Of a DNA stretch of 64,000 nucleotides, positions 38,163-53,309 are shown piece after piece (the first letter of the stretch is position 1; each line of letters starts with the position of its first letter). Source of the stretch: Convolutriloba macropyga (taxonomy: Eukaryota). The stretch covers positions 51,894,001 to 51,958,000 of the forward strand of contig NC_134473.1 of the NCBI RefSeq assembly GCF_964194025.1. Direction: 5' to 3'. Made by a program: the position numbers and the translations under genes. The notes beneath the pieces were generated by a model that ran no database searches, was not told the origin of the DNA, and worked only from the letters and a program-made list of their open reading frames with translations.

Positions 38163-38166
38163 ACAA

Positions 38167-41100
38167 ATATATATGAAAATCAAGCCTACAAACTCAAATT
38201 CTCAAAGAAAAGAGTCAAAAACCAGACAATATAATTTGCTAGGGAGCAATTCAGACCTCTTTATTTTTGTGCTACAGAAAGACGAAGAGTTTGTCAGTAT
38301 TGAAATCAAATTTAATTTCTTTTTTTAACTGTAGGCAAAATTTGTTTCCTGGAAAACCATTAAGATTATTAAATATAGAGAGTCAGAACAATTGAGGTGC
38401 GAACTTTTTTAAATTGATTCGATTTGAAACTCAACAAGGCTGTCAACAACAGGAAGGAACAAAAAACGAAATTTGAGAACGACATGTCAGAACAGGATTC
38501 AAAAGGCAAATGTTCTGTTATGAAAAACGTTTTGTTTAAAAAAAGGTAATCTCCATGAGCATAAATCTTTTATGGAACTGAACGCATTGAAAATGACCTT
38601 TTCTCAGTACATTTTGTCATCATCAATGGTGATTAGGCAAGATGTCAAAAGGGACTATGAATAGGAGAACAAGAATTAAATGTCGTGGATTGTTTTTTTT
38701 TAAAAGCTATCTAAAGTCCAAAAAATTATCGGAACAAAAAAAAGTGTTTCAAACAGATGAAGCAAACAGCTGAACGGTAAACATTGTTCCTTTTTATTAA
38801 CAGCCGTGAAGAAGTCTTTTATTGAAAAAGCAATACCACTCAAAGCAGCAGTCAACGAGCGGCAAGTCAGCAAAATATCGCAAAAAAACGGATTTCTCTC
38901 TTATCTAAAGTTAGCCATCCTTTGCCTAAGTGTTAATGTTACTGTGCTGCATCAGAGTGATCTTATATTTTTGATGTGCCAGCTCAATTTTGACATCCAA
39001 TTGACTTCAAAATCATCGATGGTAATGAAGAGGTCTTTGCAAAAAGAACTCCATCCAAAAACAGTATAAATTATATAAAAGTAGAACGCAATATTAAATT
39101 ACTGAGTACTTGGATTGCTCATAATGAATCAAATTCTTTTTTGTTTTAATGAATGAGACAAAAGTGAAAAAATATATTAGTGGTGTAATAGGTGATCAGA
39201 TTTTTAAAAGTTGTCTGATTTGTTTTCTTCAAATTTCAGTGTAGTCCAGAGAAGTTTAAAAAGCTGAATGACTCAACGTTGATTGCTGTTCAGTCACTTG
39301 TGCATGAATATATAGTTCATGCTATCCATTGAACATAAATTTTGTTCTATTTTTAAAGTTTGATTTGGTTTATCTTTGAAAATTTCGATTTTTCAAAAAC
39401 TTTTCAACAATTAACCCTTTTTAGACATTTCTCAATTGATTTTCTCCCTGATTATCAGTACTTTGGCAAAAAATTATAAAAGCTGAATGCTGGACGGGAG
39501 CATGGTTTAACAGAGGTTACTGACGTGTTAAAAACTCAATATCATTTCAAAATTTGGCTAAAAGTTTGCACAATTTTTTTTCTCAAGAAACAGAGCTTTT
39601 TGGTAGTTCTGTACTATATTGGGAGATTGAAAAAAAATTAAACACTTGTTTTGCAAAAATACCCTGTAATAAAACGCTAAATGTCGTATATTATTCAATT
39701 TTGATCCAATTTTAGCAAAAATTTGCTCAAAAATCCCGTTAAATTGCCTTGAATGGAGGTTAGAAAATGTTGAATTTTTTCCCGAAAAAAAATTTCTAGA
39801 TTTTCTTTGTAGTGAAATTCGAGGGCTTTGAAATGATACCACAAAAGCTTGCCTGGGATGCCCTTAAAAAAGTCAAAATAAGAGGGGCAGGCCGAAAACA
39901 TCTCGCAGTTTTTTTCAGAATGATTGGCAACAATTAGCTGAAGTATTCAAGAGTAAGTTTTTGTGCTTTTTGATTTTGTAAAAATCAAGGTTCAAAAGAA
40001 TTTTAGTAAAACGAAATCGGCATTGAACAGATTTTTTGTTTATTCGATGTATGTTATTTTCAATTTAAATTATAATTCTATAAATACTTGAATAGTTTGA
40101 TTTTAATACTTGAAGTAAAAATAAGTTCTAAAAGTTGTCCATCTAGTGGAAGAGGGTTATTTAGTTTGATCAATTGACTTTTTAACTTCTACTTACATTT
40201 ATATTTTGATTTTTTCTTTCCGGATTTCTGTTGGTATGTAGTTGCCATTTCTAGTTCCAGAAATTTTCGATTTCTCGTGGGTCACTCCACTTAGAGTGAA
40301 ACTTAAAACTGACGATTCTGGACTTTGCTGTCATCTAAGATTATCGCAAAACTTGGAAAAAATTTCTTCGGATAATTTGCTGCTTTGGAAGCCCATAGAA
40401 TATTTCAGTGCTTATGTAATTCAAAATATTTTTCAATGTCAAAAATCTGGAAAAGTCGTTTTTGAAATGAAATAAAACTTTCCGGAGATTGAGCAATTTT
40501 CTGCAGAATGCGTTTTTGAAAAACTTATTGAAAAAACATCTTAGAAAAATATGCGACTGTGGCTTTCTGGCTCTGAGATTCTTAGCCTATAGAAGTTAAA
40601 ATGTCTACAATATCGACTTGTAAAATGTTCTCTCTAAACTATTTTCATTCTTGCTCAGTCATTTATTAGAAACAGACCCGCATGTTGACATGAGAAATTT
40701 TATTCAATTTGTGTTGAAATTGATAAGCCATCGTTCCATTTTGTAGAAGAGAATGACCTTCTTGACGCTAAAAAACTAAAATGTTGGTTCTTTTCCTTAT
40801 ACATTTCTACCAATCTCTCTTTCTTCTGGCTTCTCTTGTTTGATTACATTTATTTGTTTTGAAATCAATGTGATCAAACTATTTGAGTTTGGTAACAAAA
40901 TCTTGAAGAATGACAAACTTAAAGTTTTGCGGATATGAATTGATAATGATATGAATTACATTTCCAAATGAAAACTTATGTGCTACTGCTTCGTTTTTTA
41001 TATCAATAGCAGTGACAATTTCTTTTATCAAAAAGTGGTGTGAGATTAGGATGTAATCGGGGGAAGTTTTTGGCGAACTCCCCCATTACTCATTATCATT

Positions 41101-41996
41101 TTGGGGGGTAATAGGGTAGGGATAGGTAATTCGATGCAAGAGAAGAGGTAATAGGCGTAATGTTGGTTGGGTGAAATGGTGCAAGAGTACGAGGTGCTTT
41201 TGGGGGGTAACTGGACGCAAGAGTAGCGGTAATGGGGGTACACCTATGCAATAGCAGGGGGTAATGTGAGCAAAACGATGCAAGCGAACAAAGATAATGG
41301 GAGTTAAATTATTTAAGAGTAGTAGGTTAATGGGGGTAAAACGATGCAAGAGTAGGGGGTATTGGGGGAATAAGATGCAAGAGAAGAGGGTTATGGCGGT
41401 AAAACGATGCAAAAGAAGGGGTGTAATGGGGATGAGAATTGGACAACAATTCCCCCTTTCTCCCCATAACTCCGTTTATCTTACATCGTTTTACCCTACT
41501 AAAAATACCCAGCCCCCCTAACCTGACATCTTACATGCTTACTAAGAGTTTTTCTTACTTAGAACTTTATCACAGCTTTTCATAATTAGGCTGTAAATCT
41601 TTGATAGAATTTTATTTTATAATTAGTAAATAAAATTGGAAACGTGCTTAATTTAATTCCTGGTTGTTTCATGTTGCTATTACTCTCATCTAACTGAGAG
41701 AACGGTAACATGAATTTTTCAAGAAATTATGCTTTTTTCGTGTAATGACTGAATTTAAAGCTCAGGTTTTTCTCGAAAAAAAAGAAAAAGCAATAAAATT
41801 AAGAAGTGAAATTAAGGACTTAGGGTTGTCAAAAATGCTAACAATTTTGAATCAAAAAATATGTGAAATAATTTTTCTTCTATATTTTGGATGAAATAGC
41901 ATTAATTAGTTTTTTAATCCAATTTTGCGTGGCGCTAAAATTTGCCTTTTCGTAAACCAGTTAAATTTAACTTTCACTGATTAAAAATTGGAAGGA
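38167..41996. repeat. Tandem duplication, copy 1 (~3.83 kb)
   Basis: Starts atatatatgaaa.tcaagcctacaaactc and ends ctgattaaa.attggaagga. ORF 38806 recurs at 42633. Confidence 0.93.
41040..41500. repeat. G-rich GGGGTAAAACGATGCAAGA minisatellite/MITE-like element (second copy 44870-45520)
   Basis: Repeated ggggtaaaacgatgcaag motif followed by inverted copies (tcttacatcgttttacc). Confidence 0.7.
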
Positions 41997-44900
41997 ATAT
42001 ATATGAAAGTCAAGCCTACAAACTCAAGTTCTCTAAGAAAAGAGTCAAAAACCAGACAATATACTTCGCTAGGGAGCAATGCAGACCTCTTTATTTTTTG
42101 CTACTGAAAAACTAAGTGTTTGTCAGTAGTGAATTCAAAATTAATCTTTTTTTAACTATAGGCAAAATTTGTTTCCTGGAAAACCATTAAAATTATTACG
42201 TATAGAGAGTCAGAACAATTGAGGTGCGAACTTTTTTAAATTGATTCGATTTGAAACTCAACAAGGCTGTCAACAACAGGAAGGAAAAAAAAACGAAATT
42301 TGAGAACGACATGTCAGAACAGGATTCAAAAGGCAAATGTTCTGTTATGAAAAACGTTTTGTTTAAAAAAAGGTAATCTCCATGAGCATAAATCTTTTAT
42401 GGAACTGAACGCATTGAAAATGACCTTTTCTCAGTACATTTTGTCATCATCAATGGTGATTAGGCAAGATGTCAAAAGGGACTATGAATAGGAGAACAAG
42501 AATTAAATGTCGTGGATTGTTTTTTTTTAAAAGCTATCTAAAGTCCAAAAAATTATCGGAACAAAAAAAAGTGTTTCAAACAGATGAAGCAAACAGCTGA
42601 ACGGTAAACATTGTTCCTTTTTATTAACAGCCGTGAAGAAGTCTTTTATTGAAAAAGCAATACCACTCAAAGCAGCAGTCAACGAGCGGCAAGTCAGCAA
42701 AATATCGCAAAAAAACGGATTTCTCTCTTATCTAAAGTTAGCCATCCTTTGCCTAAGTGTTAATGTTACTGTGCTGCATCAGAGTGATCTTATATTTTTG
42801 ATGTGCCAGCTCAATTTTGACATCCAATTGACTTCAAAATCATCGATGGTAATGAAGAGGTCTTTGAAAAAAGAACTCCATCCAAAAACAGTATAAATTA
42901 TATAAAAGTAGAACGCAATATTAAATTACTGAGTACTTGGATTGCTCATAATGAATCAAATTCTTTTTTGTTTTAATGAATGAGACAAAAGTGAAAAAAT
43001 ATATTAGTGGTGTAATAGGTGATCAGATTTTTAAAAGTTGTCTGATTTGTTTTCTTCAAATTTCAGTGTAGTCCAGAGAAGTTTAAAAAGCTGAATGACT
43101 CAACGTTGATTGCTGTTCAGTCACTTGTGCATGAATATATAGTTCATGCTATCCATTGAACATAAATTTTGTTCTATTTTTAAAGTTTGATTTGGTTTAT
43201 CTTTGAAAATTTCGATTTTTCAAAAACTTTTCAACAATTAACCCTTTTTAGACATTTCTCAATTGATTTTCTCCCTGATTATCAGTACTTTGGCAAAAAA
43301 TTATAAAAGCTGAATGCTGGACGGGAGCATGGTTTAACAGAGGTTACTGACGTGTTAAAAACTCAATATCATTTCAAAATTTGGCTAAAAGTTTGCACAA
43401 AGTTTTTTTCTCAAGAAACTGAGCTTTTTGGTATTTTTGTACTATATTGGGAGATTGAAAAAAAATGAAACAATTGTTTTCCAAAGATACCCTGGAATAA
43501 AACGCTAAATGTCGTATATTATTCAATTTTGACCAATTTTAGCAAAAATTTGATCAAAAATCTCGTTAAATTGCCTTGTATGGAGGGTAGAAAATGTTGA
43601 ATTTTTTCCAGAAAAAAAATTTCTGGATTTTCTTTGTAGTGAAATTCGAGAAGCAGAGGGCTTTAAAATGATACCACAAACGCTAGCCTGGGATGCCCTC
43701 AAAACATTCAAAATAAGAGGGGCAGGCCGAAAACATCTCTCAGTTTTTTTTCAGAATAATTGGCAACAATTAGCTAAAATATTCAAGAGTAGGTTTTCTG
43801 CTTTTTGATTTTGTAAAAATCAAGGTTCAAAAGAATTTTAGTAAAACGAAATCGGCATTGAACAGTTTTATTGTTTATTCGATGTATGTTATTTTCAATC
43901 TTAAGTATAATTCCATAAATATTTAAATAGTTTGATTTTTATACTTGAAGTAAAAATAAGTTCTAAAAGTTGTCCATCTATTGGAAGAGGGTTATATATT
44001 TTGATCAATTGGCTTTTTAACTTCTACTTACATCTAAATTTTGATTTTTTCTTTCCGGATTTCGTTGGTATGTATTTGCAATTTCTAGTTCCCGAAAATT
44101 TCGATTTCTCGTGGGTCACTCCACTTAGAGTGAAACATAAAATTGACGATTCTTGAATTTGCTGTCATCTCAGATTATCGCAAAACTTGGAAAAAAATTT
44201 CTTCGGTTAATTTGCTGATTTGGAAGCCCATAGAATATTTCAGTGCTTATGTAATTCAAAATATTTTTCAATGTCAAAAATCTGGAAAAGTCGTTTTTGA
44301 AATGAAATAAAACTTTCCGGAGATTGAGCAATTTTCTGCAGAATGCGTTTTTGAAAAACTTATTGAAAAAACATCTTAGAAAAATATGCGACTGTGGCTT
44401 TCTGGCTCTGAGATTCTTAGCCTATAGAAGTTAAAATGTCTACAACATCGACTTGTAAAATGTTCTCTCTAAACTATTTTTATTCTGGCTCAGTCCTCTA
44501 TTAGAAACAGGCCCGCATGTTGACATGAGAAATTTTATTCATTTTGTGTTGAAATTGATAAGCTATTGTTCCATTTGGTAGAAGAGAATGATCTTCTTGA
44601 CGCCAAAATCTTAAATTTTGGTTTCTTTTTTATATTTTTCTACCAATCTCTCTTTCTTCTGACTTCTCTTGTTTGATTATATTTATTTGTTTTGACATCA
44701 ATGTGATCAAACTACTTGAGCTTGGTAACAAAATCTTTAAGAATGACAAACTTAAAATTTTGCGGATATGAATTGATAATGATATGAATTACATTTCCAA
44801 AAGAAAACTTATGTGCTACTGCTTCGTTTTTTATATCAATAGCAGTGAATTTCTTTTATCAAAAAGTGGTGTGAGATTAGGATGTAATCGGGGGAAGTTT

Positions 44901-46100
44901 TAGCCATCCCCCCCTTTACTCATTATCATTCTAGGGGGTAATAGGGGTAGGTAATTCGATGCAAGAGAAGATGTAATAGGCGTAATTTTGGTGGGTAAAA
45001 TGGTGCAAGAGTAGGAGGTGATTTTGGGGGGTAACTCGACGCAAGAGTAGCGGTAATGGGGGTACACCTATGCAATAGTAGGGGTAATGTGGGTAAAACA
45101 ATGCAAGCGAACAAAGACAATGGGAGTTAAACTATTTAAGAGTAGTAAGTTAATGCGGGTAAAACGATGCAAGAGTAGGTGGGTAATTGGGGGGGGGGGG
45201 GTAAAACGATGCAAGATTAGGGGGTATTGGGGGTAATAAGATGCAAGAAAAGAGGGTTATGGCGGTAAAACGATGCAAAAGAAGGGGTGTAATGGGGATG
45301 AGAATTGGACAACAATTCCCCTTTTCTCCCCATAACTCCGTTTATCTTACATCGTTTTACTTGGGAGTTATTTCTTGGGAGTTAAATCTAATTATTGCCC
45401 CGATTACCCCCGATTACCTCCCACTAATCTTACAGCGTTTTACCCCCCATAGACAATTACCCCCTTGTACTTACATCAGTTCGTGGGATAATCAGGGGGT
45501 AATTTCGACGTGGGTGTCATGATTCCTTTCAATCTTTTACATCACAATAATTTGAGATGAAACTTTCAAATCAATCTAAAGAGGTGTTTATTAAGTTAAA
45601 AGTATGCTTACTTAGAGCTTTACTTAGTTAAACGTATGCTTACTAAGAGCTTTTCTGACTTAGAACTTTATCACAGCTTTTCATAATTAGGCTGTAAATC
45701 TTTGATAGTATTTTGTTTTATAATTAGTAAATAAAATTGGAAACGTATTGTAGTTTAATTCCTGGTCGTTTCATATTGCTATTACTCTCATCTCACTGAC
45801 AGAACAGTTACTTGAATTTTTCGAGAAATTATACCTCAAACTTTTGTCTAATGACTGAATTTAAAGCTCAGATTATTCTCGAAAAACAGAAAAAAGCAAC
45901 AAAATAAGATGTGAAATTGAGGACTTAAGGTTGTCAAAAATGCTAAAAATTTTGAATCAAAAATTGTGTGAAACAATTTTTCTTTTGTATTTTGTATGAA
46001 TTAGCATTAATTAGTTTTTAATCCAATTTTGTGTGGCGCTAAAATTTGCCTTTTGGTATACCAGTTAAATTTAACTTTCACTGATTAAACATTGGAAGGA
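41997..46100. repeat. Tandem duplication, copy 2 (~4.1 kb; extra sequence near 45360-45630)
   Basis: Collinear with 38167-41996. Confidence 0.93.
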
Positions 46101-49100
46101 CTTTTCCATCGTGTGGCACTGAATATGACGTCTTCCAAAAAATTTGTTTGTTGACAATAATCTGATAAATAGATATAGAAAAACCACGAACTTTCTATTT
46201 TGTTAAATTAACCAAAATCTGAAATTATTATAGCCCGCAGATAATTTAGTTTCACAATATAGCATTGGAACTAAGTAATTCTTCATCGCATTCAATAAAA
46301 CTTTTTAAACACCTTATGAAAACTTTTCTGAAAGGCTGTGGAAAGAAAACCGTTTAAAAATTGAGTTTTGTTGTAATAGGATGTTTGGTTGTCATTTTTG
46401 CATATCAACTCCCATGGGCCGCTAAAGCAAGGCAATCTAATATGCATTTTCAATAAATATTTATATCCAAATTTACGACATCGTGTGAAACTTTAAAAAT
46501 ATTCTGTAAGAATGGAAAATTTTTGTCGAATTGTTGTAAGTTGTTCACATTTTTCACAGCGCCATTCAAGGAGCACGCGGAGTTAGTTTCAGGTGTAGAG
46601 GAATATTTTGCTCTGCAAATAAAGTAGCTCGAATAAAGCTTGCAACTTCAAGCATGCATTTTCGAGGGAATCTTTTTGGAGAACAGCAATAAAGTTTTTA
46701 TCGCACTCGCAATAGCGTTAGAAAATTTGATGAAATTGTTTTTTAAATACTTTTGATGTTTTTATGGGGGTTGTTGCTTTCATAACTAAATGCAAGAGTC
46801 CCTTCTATAACCGCGACCAAACATTTATTTTTATAGACAATATGGGTCTATAGGCAATTTGAGCCGAGCATGGTCCGTTCCTGGCCTTGCGATAGTTTCA
46901 AATTTTCCTAGTTTTGGATTTTGCTTCTGGATGTATTGCAATTGTCACGCATCATTGCTAAACAACATCTCAACAAAAAAAATCCAGCTAAAATTTAGTT
47001 GACAACTTGACAAAATTTATTGGAAGTTGAAATAGTTGACGTAATTGGTATTTTAACAATCGATAAAGGGGTCTACTGGGGTAAACTTCAAGAGTCGCCC
47101 TCCCTTTAGCCATGATATTAGTGTGGAACTTATCGGTCGTTTCTTTTATAAATTTTGAAACTATTAAAACAAATTTCGATTTTTTAATGGGTTCTTCAGA
47201 AATTCAAACAATGAAAGTACACTCTTGGTGACTACGATGCAAGCATTTCTTAACAAAGGAAGGGCTCAGGAAAATAATTGAGGCAACATATTTTTAACAT
47301 GATTAAAAACGTCATTTTTGCTTCACTTGTGCAGGTTAACAGAACTTTGAGGGGTTCTTCAAAGAAGCGTGGCTTCAAAAACATCAATAAAAATATCTCT
47401 TTTCGAAATACAAAACCTCCAAACTCATCGAAATTCACTTAACTTTTGTTGTCCCTTTGTGACTTCCTGACAAAATTATTATTAGGAGAGAGTGTCAACA
47501 TGAATTCAAGGTCTTCCGATAAATTTGAGCCGCAAAATTGAGAACCAGAAAAGCTGCGTTAAATTATTTTTCTTCTGGTTTTAATTAAAACTCTATTTCT
47601 GTTTCGGTATTTATGTCCGCTAGTTACTTTTTGTCTTTGCATTTGCATTTCAAATTTTTGATTGGTCGAGTCGTTACATGATCATCGGAGACATTGTCGA
47701 GTTTTTCGTTCGCTTCAAACACCTGGTAATAGTTTGCCTTATTTGATTTATAATTCGGAGCTCTTAGACCAAAACTTTTTATGTCTTCGCGCTTAGTGGA
47801 CAGTGTCATATCTAAAACGGTGGCGATCAAGCTAGCCGATAGACAAGCTAGCCGAATTTTGAAAAAGAGGACAAGTAAATTGCAAATACATTGCGCTGTG
47901 CTGATTTGTTGATTGTAACGGTTAACAATGTATTATTTCTGAAAGATTACTCAACTATTACAATATTCGACTTTCTTGCGTTTCGGCTTACTTTTACTTA
48001 GCATTCACCATTTAAGACGGGTTTCTTTTGAAGCAAAATAGTTTTGAGGGCAAAATAATTCCCCCATAATTATAACTACCCTTCGAAAGGGTTTCCAAAT
48101 CAAATTCGCCGCTGTCTAACCGCGCGCTTTTCTTTGAAGCGGGCAATCTTCAAACCCGAAATTTATAGACTTTGAGACGTACTTTATAGACGCATAGTGT
48201 CAAAAATCTTAAATCGAGGGGTTAACCCAGCAAGGAAAAATCGAAATTTTGCTCCAATGTTTTCTTAATATCTCAATGGAACTAACTAAATGCTGATAAA
48301 CGTTTGTTTGCTCGCGTTTGTTTGCTCTATGGTAACATTTATTTAGTTTGCGTAGCTCTCTAAAGGCTGGTTTTAACAGATAGCAAACTAAGTTTCAGTC
48401 GAAAGCGGCGCAAATTTTATTGTATAATCGCCTGGTGCGTTCTTTTAAGTGCATACCTCAAACGCAAACACAAACAATAGTTTCCTACACAAAAACTCAT
48501 CGATTAGAAGAATGCCCGGGAAGCAGAATTAAGATTTGCTAATTTATCATTCCGTTTTGGTATCCCTTTTTTCTCGTGAAAACTGTAAACAAAAAAGCGT
48601 GGGGGTAGTGGTGTTTACCAACTATGTTAAAGCTACTAAATAATTGAAGTTGTCACGATCAGGATTGACTATTATAGATTTCGAAGTCATGATCGAGTGC
48701 ACTCTGTGTACTAAAACAATGTTCGAAGAACCGGGACATTTTTTATCACAATTACACAGGATGGAATTCTCCAATGATTACGTGATTATTTTTAGGACAC
48801 ACTCAAACAGTAAAATCAGAGCTCTGTAATTGTATATTTTATACATGTTCGTCTGTGCTAACTGAGTACGCGCATACTTACACACGCGTGTGTGTATGTA
48901 TGTGTGTTTATGTTTGTGTCTATGTTTGTGTGTTGCAGGAGGTGAAGGGTACAAGAGATAGGGTTAATGGTATGGGTTGCAAATCCAACACTAAAGGTTT
49001 AAAAAATCTTTTCAATCAAGTGCCGTGCTTTTCTTATCCGTACGCAAAATTTATCAGTTTAATTGATTTTTTTCTCCAAGTCCCCAGAACACATTAGATA

Positions 49101-50423
49101 ATTTCATGCTGAATATTGAAAAAAGGACTTAGGGTTTCATGTTCTATCGATACATTGGTGCAATTCGTTCGAATGACCGTTCGGTTATGGACAATTTTAA
49201 ATTTTAGCACATATTGTACTTAAAACATTTGCAGTTGTGCACTCAACACAACAAAACTTGAGTGACTTGAATTCCTTTATTCAATTTCATTGCTACACAA
49301 TTCTGCTAGTACCATGGCGGCACTAACTATACGCAAATAGCGCAAAGTTAGCTGGCTCAGAGCCATAGTTGATACTATGGTAAGAGATAGAAGCATAATT
49401 GATGGTAAGGGAATTAATGTTGAACATACTCGAATTCGCAGTTACGCGAACAGAGCAAAGTATGAATAAGCACCACGCATATAAAACTAAACTGAATTAG
49501 ATTTATGTAGTAGCTAAGGAACATATAATACATTCAAGTTTATTTGCGTTTCATTATTTGAAACTACAAAATTGCATTCTATGGAATTTAACAAGAGCCC
49601 TTCATATAATAAAATCTCTTTTTGATCCTATTCATTCGGTCTTTCAAATTTAGAGTTATAGCCCGCGCGCGTTTGCTGCAAAACGTGTTGTAGATTTCAC
49701 TAAGTTTGTAGATTGCCACTAAGTTGCCGAGTGTAATTCTCGAATTATAGTTATAACCAACATTTCTTCACGCGGACCACCAACACTATAGTCAGAATTG
49801 ATCACTATTAAACACCACACCACACGTCTATAAACAATCTTAACACGGTAAGCCTCGCTATTGTGACCTAAACCGAATCTGTCTCGCATATGAGGACTAT
49901 TGGGTCTAACACTCCCACTAATGTATCAATATTTTGATCATTAGGGTTAATTAATTTGACCTAAAATTTTGGATTGTAAACAATAAATAAATCAGGGCAG
50001 AATGTTGATTTTATACAGTAAATATGGAAGAAAAATTTGCGGTTTAGGATGGGGTGATTGTGAATTGAAGGCAACATAAACTTGTTGCCTTCAGCTTTTT
50101 TATAGTCCCATTCTTTTTTTATATAATCCCCCCTAGTGGAGACCTAAAATTTGTCTTAAAGACTTTTTGAAAATGGTTGTTTTGCGCCTAATCAAGGCTG
50201 GCAATTTGAAGGATCCTTAAAAAATGTGCCAGAAAATTTATTCCTGTTTTCCATTAACCTCTTTAGCAGTCAAAATCTTGAAAACGCATTCCCCATTGAC
50301 TACATTATAGGCACAAGCAAATTTTCAAATTCTACTTAGAATGAAGCAACTTGAATTTTTAAAAAAAAATTCGGGCTTTTCGCTGTAAATTTTGATAAAA
50401 TACTGCCCCACACATTTGAGAAT

Positions 50424-51450
50424 TTTTATCGTGTAAGATCTTACAAATTTCGTACAAAATTGTCTTATAAGTACTGATAAGATTAGCGTCGCCTGACTAA
50501 GGCATTGTAAGACAATTTATCAAGTCTTACATGATAAAAATTTTTTATCGGGTCTGATAAGATCTTACACGATAAAATTCACTTTTGTCAGATCTTACAA
50601 GATAAAAATTTTGCCTGATAAGATCTTACACGATAAAAAATTTGCCTGACAAAAAATGTTTATCGTGTAAGGTGTAAGGTCTTCTACGAATCTTATAAGA
50701 TCTTGTGAGATAAACATTCGGAAAACTATGGCTCATCTTTTTGATAAGATTTTCATCAGATCTTATACGATAAAATTTTTTTAAATTATGGCATGTTCTT
50801 CATATTGAAGACAATTCAGAGTTGCTTTCAAGCAGTAGCCAAAAAGCTACAGCTTGCAACACTTAGGTGTCAGAGCAAAAAAGAGAAATTTATCTTATAT
50901 CGTCTTTTGAGACTTATAAGATATTGTGAAAAAAGTTATTCGAGTGTTAGGGCTTTTTCTGAGGCGGTGAATATCAAACTAGGCTGACAAATTTTCTTCA
51001 AAGACCAAAACTATATTGGACTGCTAAGTTTAGCCATAGTACCTAATTATCCCTCAAAAAAAAAACTGCCGCCAAAAAAGAATCAGCAAGCAGTTTTTTT
51101 TCAGATTTGGTTAGTTGACCGATTTTTTTTTTGCTTTCAAAGAAATTTGACTACGTTATACAGTTAATTGGAAATCATTGAAACATGTCTCAGCAGATCT
51201 TACACGATAAAATTTCTACTCTACGTGAAATTTTATTGTGTAGGATCTGATAAGATACTTATCAGATCTCATAAGATAACAATTCTGTAAAATTGAATTA
51301 TTATCTTACAAGATCTGATAAGTATCTTATCAGATCTTACAAGGTTAAAGTTCACGTAGGGAAGAATTTTTATCGTGTAAGACCAGATAAGATCTAACAC
51401 GATAAAGATTTTTGAGCAGCATCTTATCAGATCTTACACGATAAAAATTC
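50424..51450. repeat. Repeat built from AGATCTTACACGATAAAA motifs in both orientations
   Basis: ttttatcgtgtaagatct and agatcttacacgataaaa interspersed many times. Confidence 0.8.
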
Positions 51451-52507
51451 CAGGATCACTGGAGTTACCTCAGATGTCACCGAGGTGTGTAAAAAAGATA
51501 AAAACAGCTGATGAAAAGTACATTTTACGTCTTCTAAATTTCAAGTTTGGACATTTTTAGGGGTACTTGAGTACTTTATAGCGTACAGCGTCAACTTGCG
51601 TTTGAAGTGCCGTCTTTAAGTGTTTTGAAGTTTTCGCTAATTTCCAGAAAAATTTTATAGTTTTTGCCAAATGATTACAGAAATCGGCTTTGCCTAATCG
51701 AGCTTTCACATAAAATACCCCCCCCCCCAAAAAAAATAACTAAATAAATGTTTGATTTAAAGCTGAGCTGTGTATGCATTAACATCTAAGGTCAAGGTAA
51801 AATTATTGGATGAAATCGATTCAAAAATTGGTTTCAATATCACTTTTTGGATGAGCTTGGTCTTTTCGTGTTCTTTTGTTTGAATCTGGGGGTTAAACAG
51901 GGCAAAATTGCCCATAAAAAGCCTCCCCTTCTTTGTATAAATTTAGATGAAATTTGGGAGTCCCTTCCGCTATAAAACCAAAGCTTCGTATCTTCACAGC
52001 TCAAGTTTTGTTATTTGGCAAAAGTACTCTCTTTTGATCAAGACCCGATACCAGTTCCTGCGAAGCAGCACCACTCTGTATCAGAGAAATGCCACAAAAA
52101 GCAACAAAAATATTTGAGAGAAAGCAAAAAGCCTCAAATGATACTAAATTAAGAGTACTATGGACAATTATTTCGATTAACTGGCGCTAGTCAGGTTTCT
52201 ATGCATGTTCTTCTGATTACAAGGATCTAAAGAACTCTATTTTTTTCTCCAAATATTCTAGAGCTTTAAAACAATTTAGAAACATCTTTTTATCTGGTGG
52301 GAGCCAATCATGCTAAAAATTTTTTTTAAAAAAAAGGTAATAAAACGTATAGCACCACTGTATGCAAAAACATTTGAATTGGATGGAAGGATACTAATTT
52401 TTTAATTGAATAGCAAAATTTTGCCCGACACATTGCGTGGCTTTCGATCCATGGTCTTATCGACTTCAGTGAAATTTAACCTTCTTAGATAAAGCCAGTT
52501 TTTTTAG

Positions 52508-52895
52508 GGTGTCCTGCTTTTCACCCCTATTCATTTAACCCCTTATCATTTAACCCCGAGTTATTCACCCCTGTATCATTTAACCCCTCTATCTTTTAAC
52601 CCCTCTATCATGTCACCCCGATTTTAATCTTTCTATAAAATAAGGATTATTACATTAGCAATATAATCATTTGGCCATGCCTCGCGGGCCATGGCCATGT
52701 CTCAGCGGCCCGTGGGACTTGACATGAAACTATCTCAACAGAACAATGACAAAACAAGTCCTTCATGTCGACTGCTAATTGGCGGGATGAAATGATAGAG
52801 GGGTGAAATGATAGAGGGGTTTATTGATGGAGGAGTGACTAAATCGGGGTTAAATGATAGGGGGTTAAATGAATGGGGGTGAAAAGAAGTAGAAC
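52508..52895. mobile_element. MITE-like element with ~110-bp imperfect terminal inverted repeats
   Basis: Left arm cttttcacccctattcatttaacccc...; right arm ...ggggttaaatgaatgggggtgaaaag. Arms are built of (tcatttaacccc) subrepeats. No clear TSD. Confidence 0.8.
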
Positions 52896-53309
52896 TTTTT
52901 AGTGCCATTTAAATGAAGTCAAATTTACCTTGCTTTTATTCTATTTGTAATTAGTTAGGCACAACTTTTCAACAATTCAGCTTTTTCAGCGGGTTCTTCT
53001 ATTTCCTGCAATAAGTAACGTACTTTGCTGATTAATAATTTGATGCTTTACATTTTTGTATTACTTTAAATATAACGATGTTTTCGAAAAGAAATCTGTT
53101 GTCTAACTCTTTAATTTTGATATTTACCTCTAGCTTTCCTGTCAGATAGTTTATATCTCCCTCCCCATCAAATAAAAAAACTGGGGCTATAATTTTGTTC
53201 GAATGGGGCTATAGGCTCGAACTAACTGTACAATCTCAGATTAAAATTTCATAATTTGAATGCGAGTCTAAAGAATGTCAGCTACTTCTTGCCAATATTT
53301 GTTCCTACC

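Noticed and set aside
38806-39069. 87-aa ORF duplicated at 42633-42896
   Set aside because: Non-ATG start and no recognisable domain. Its conservation is explained by the near-identical duplication.
49660-49870. Possible promoter or non-coding first exon (gcccgcgcgcg ... cacg|gtaagc)
   Set aside because: Only a donor-like hexamer; no downstream exon or other support was found.
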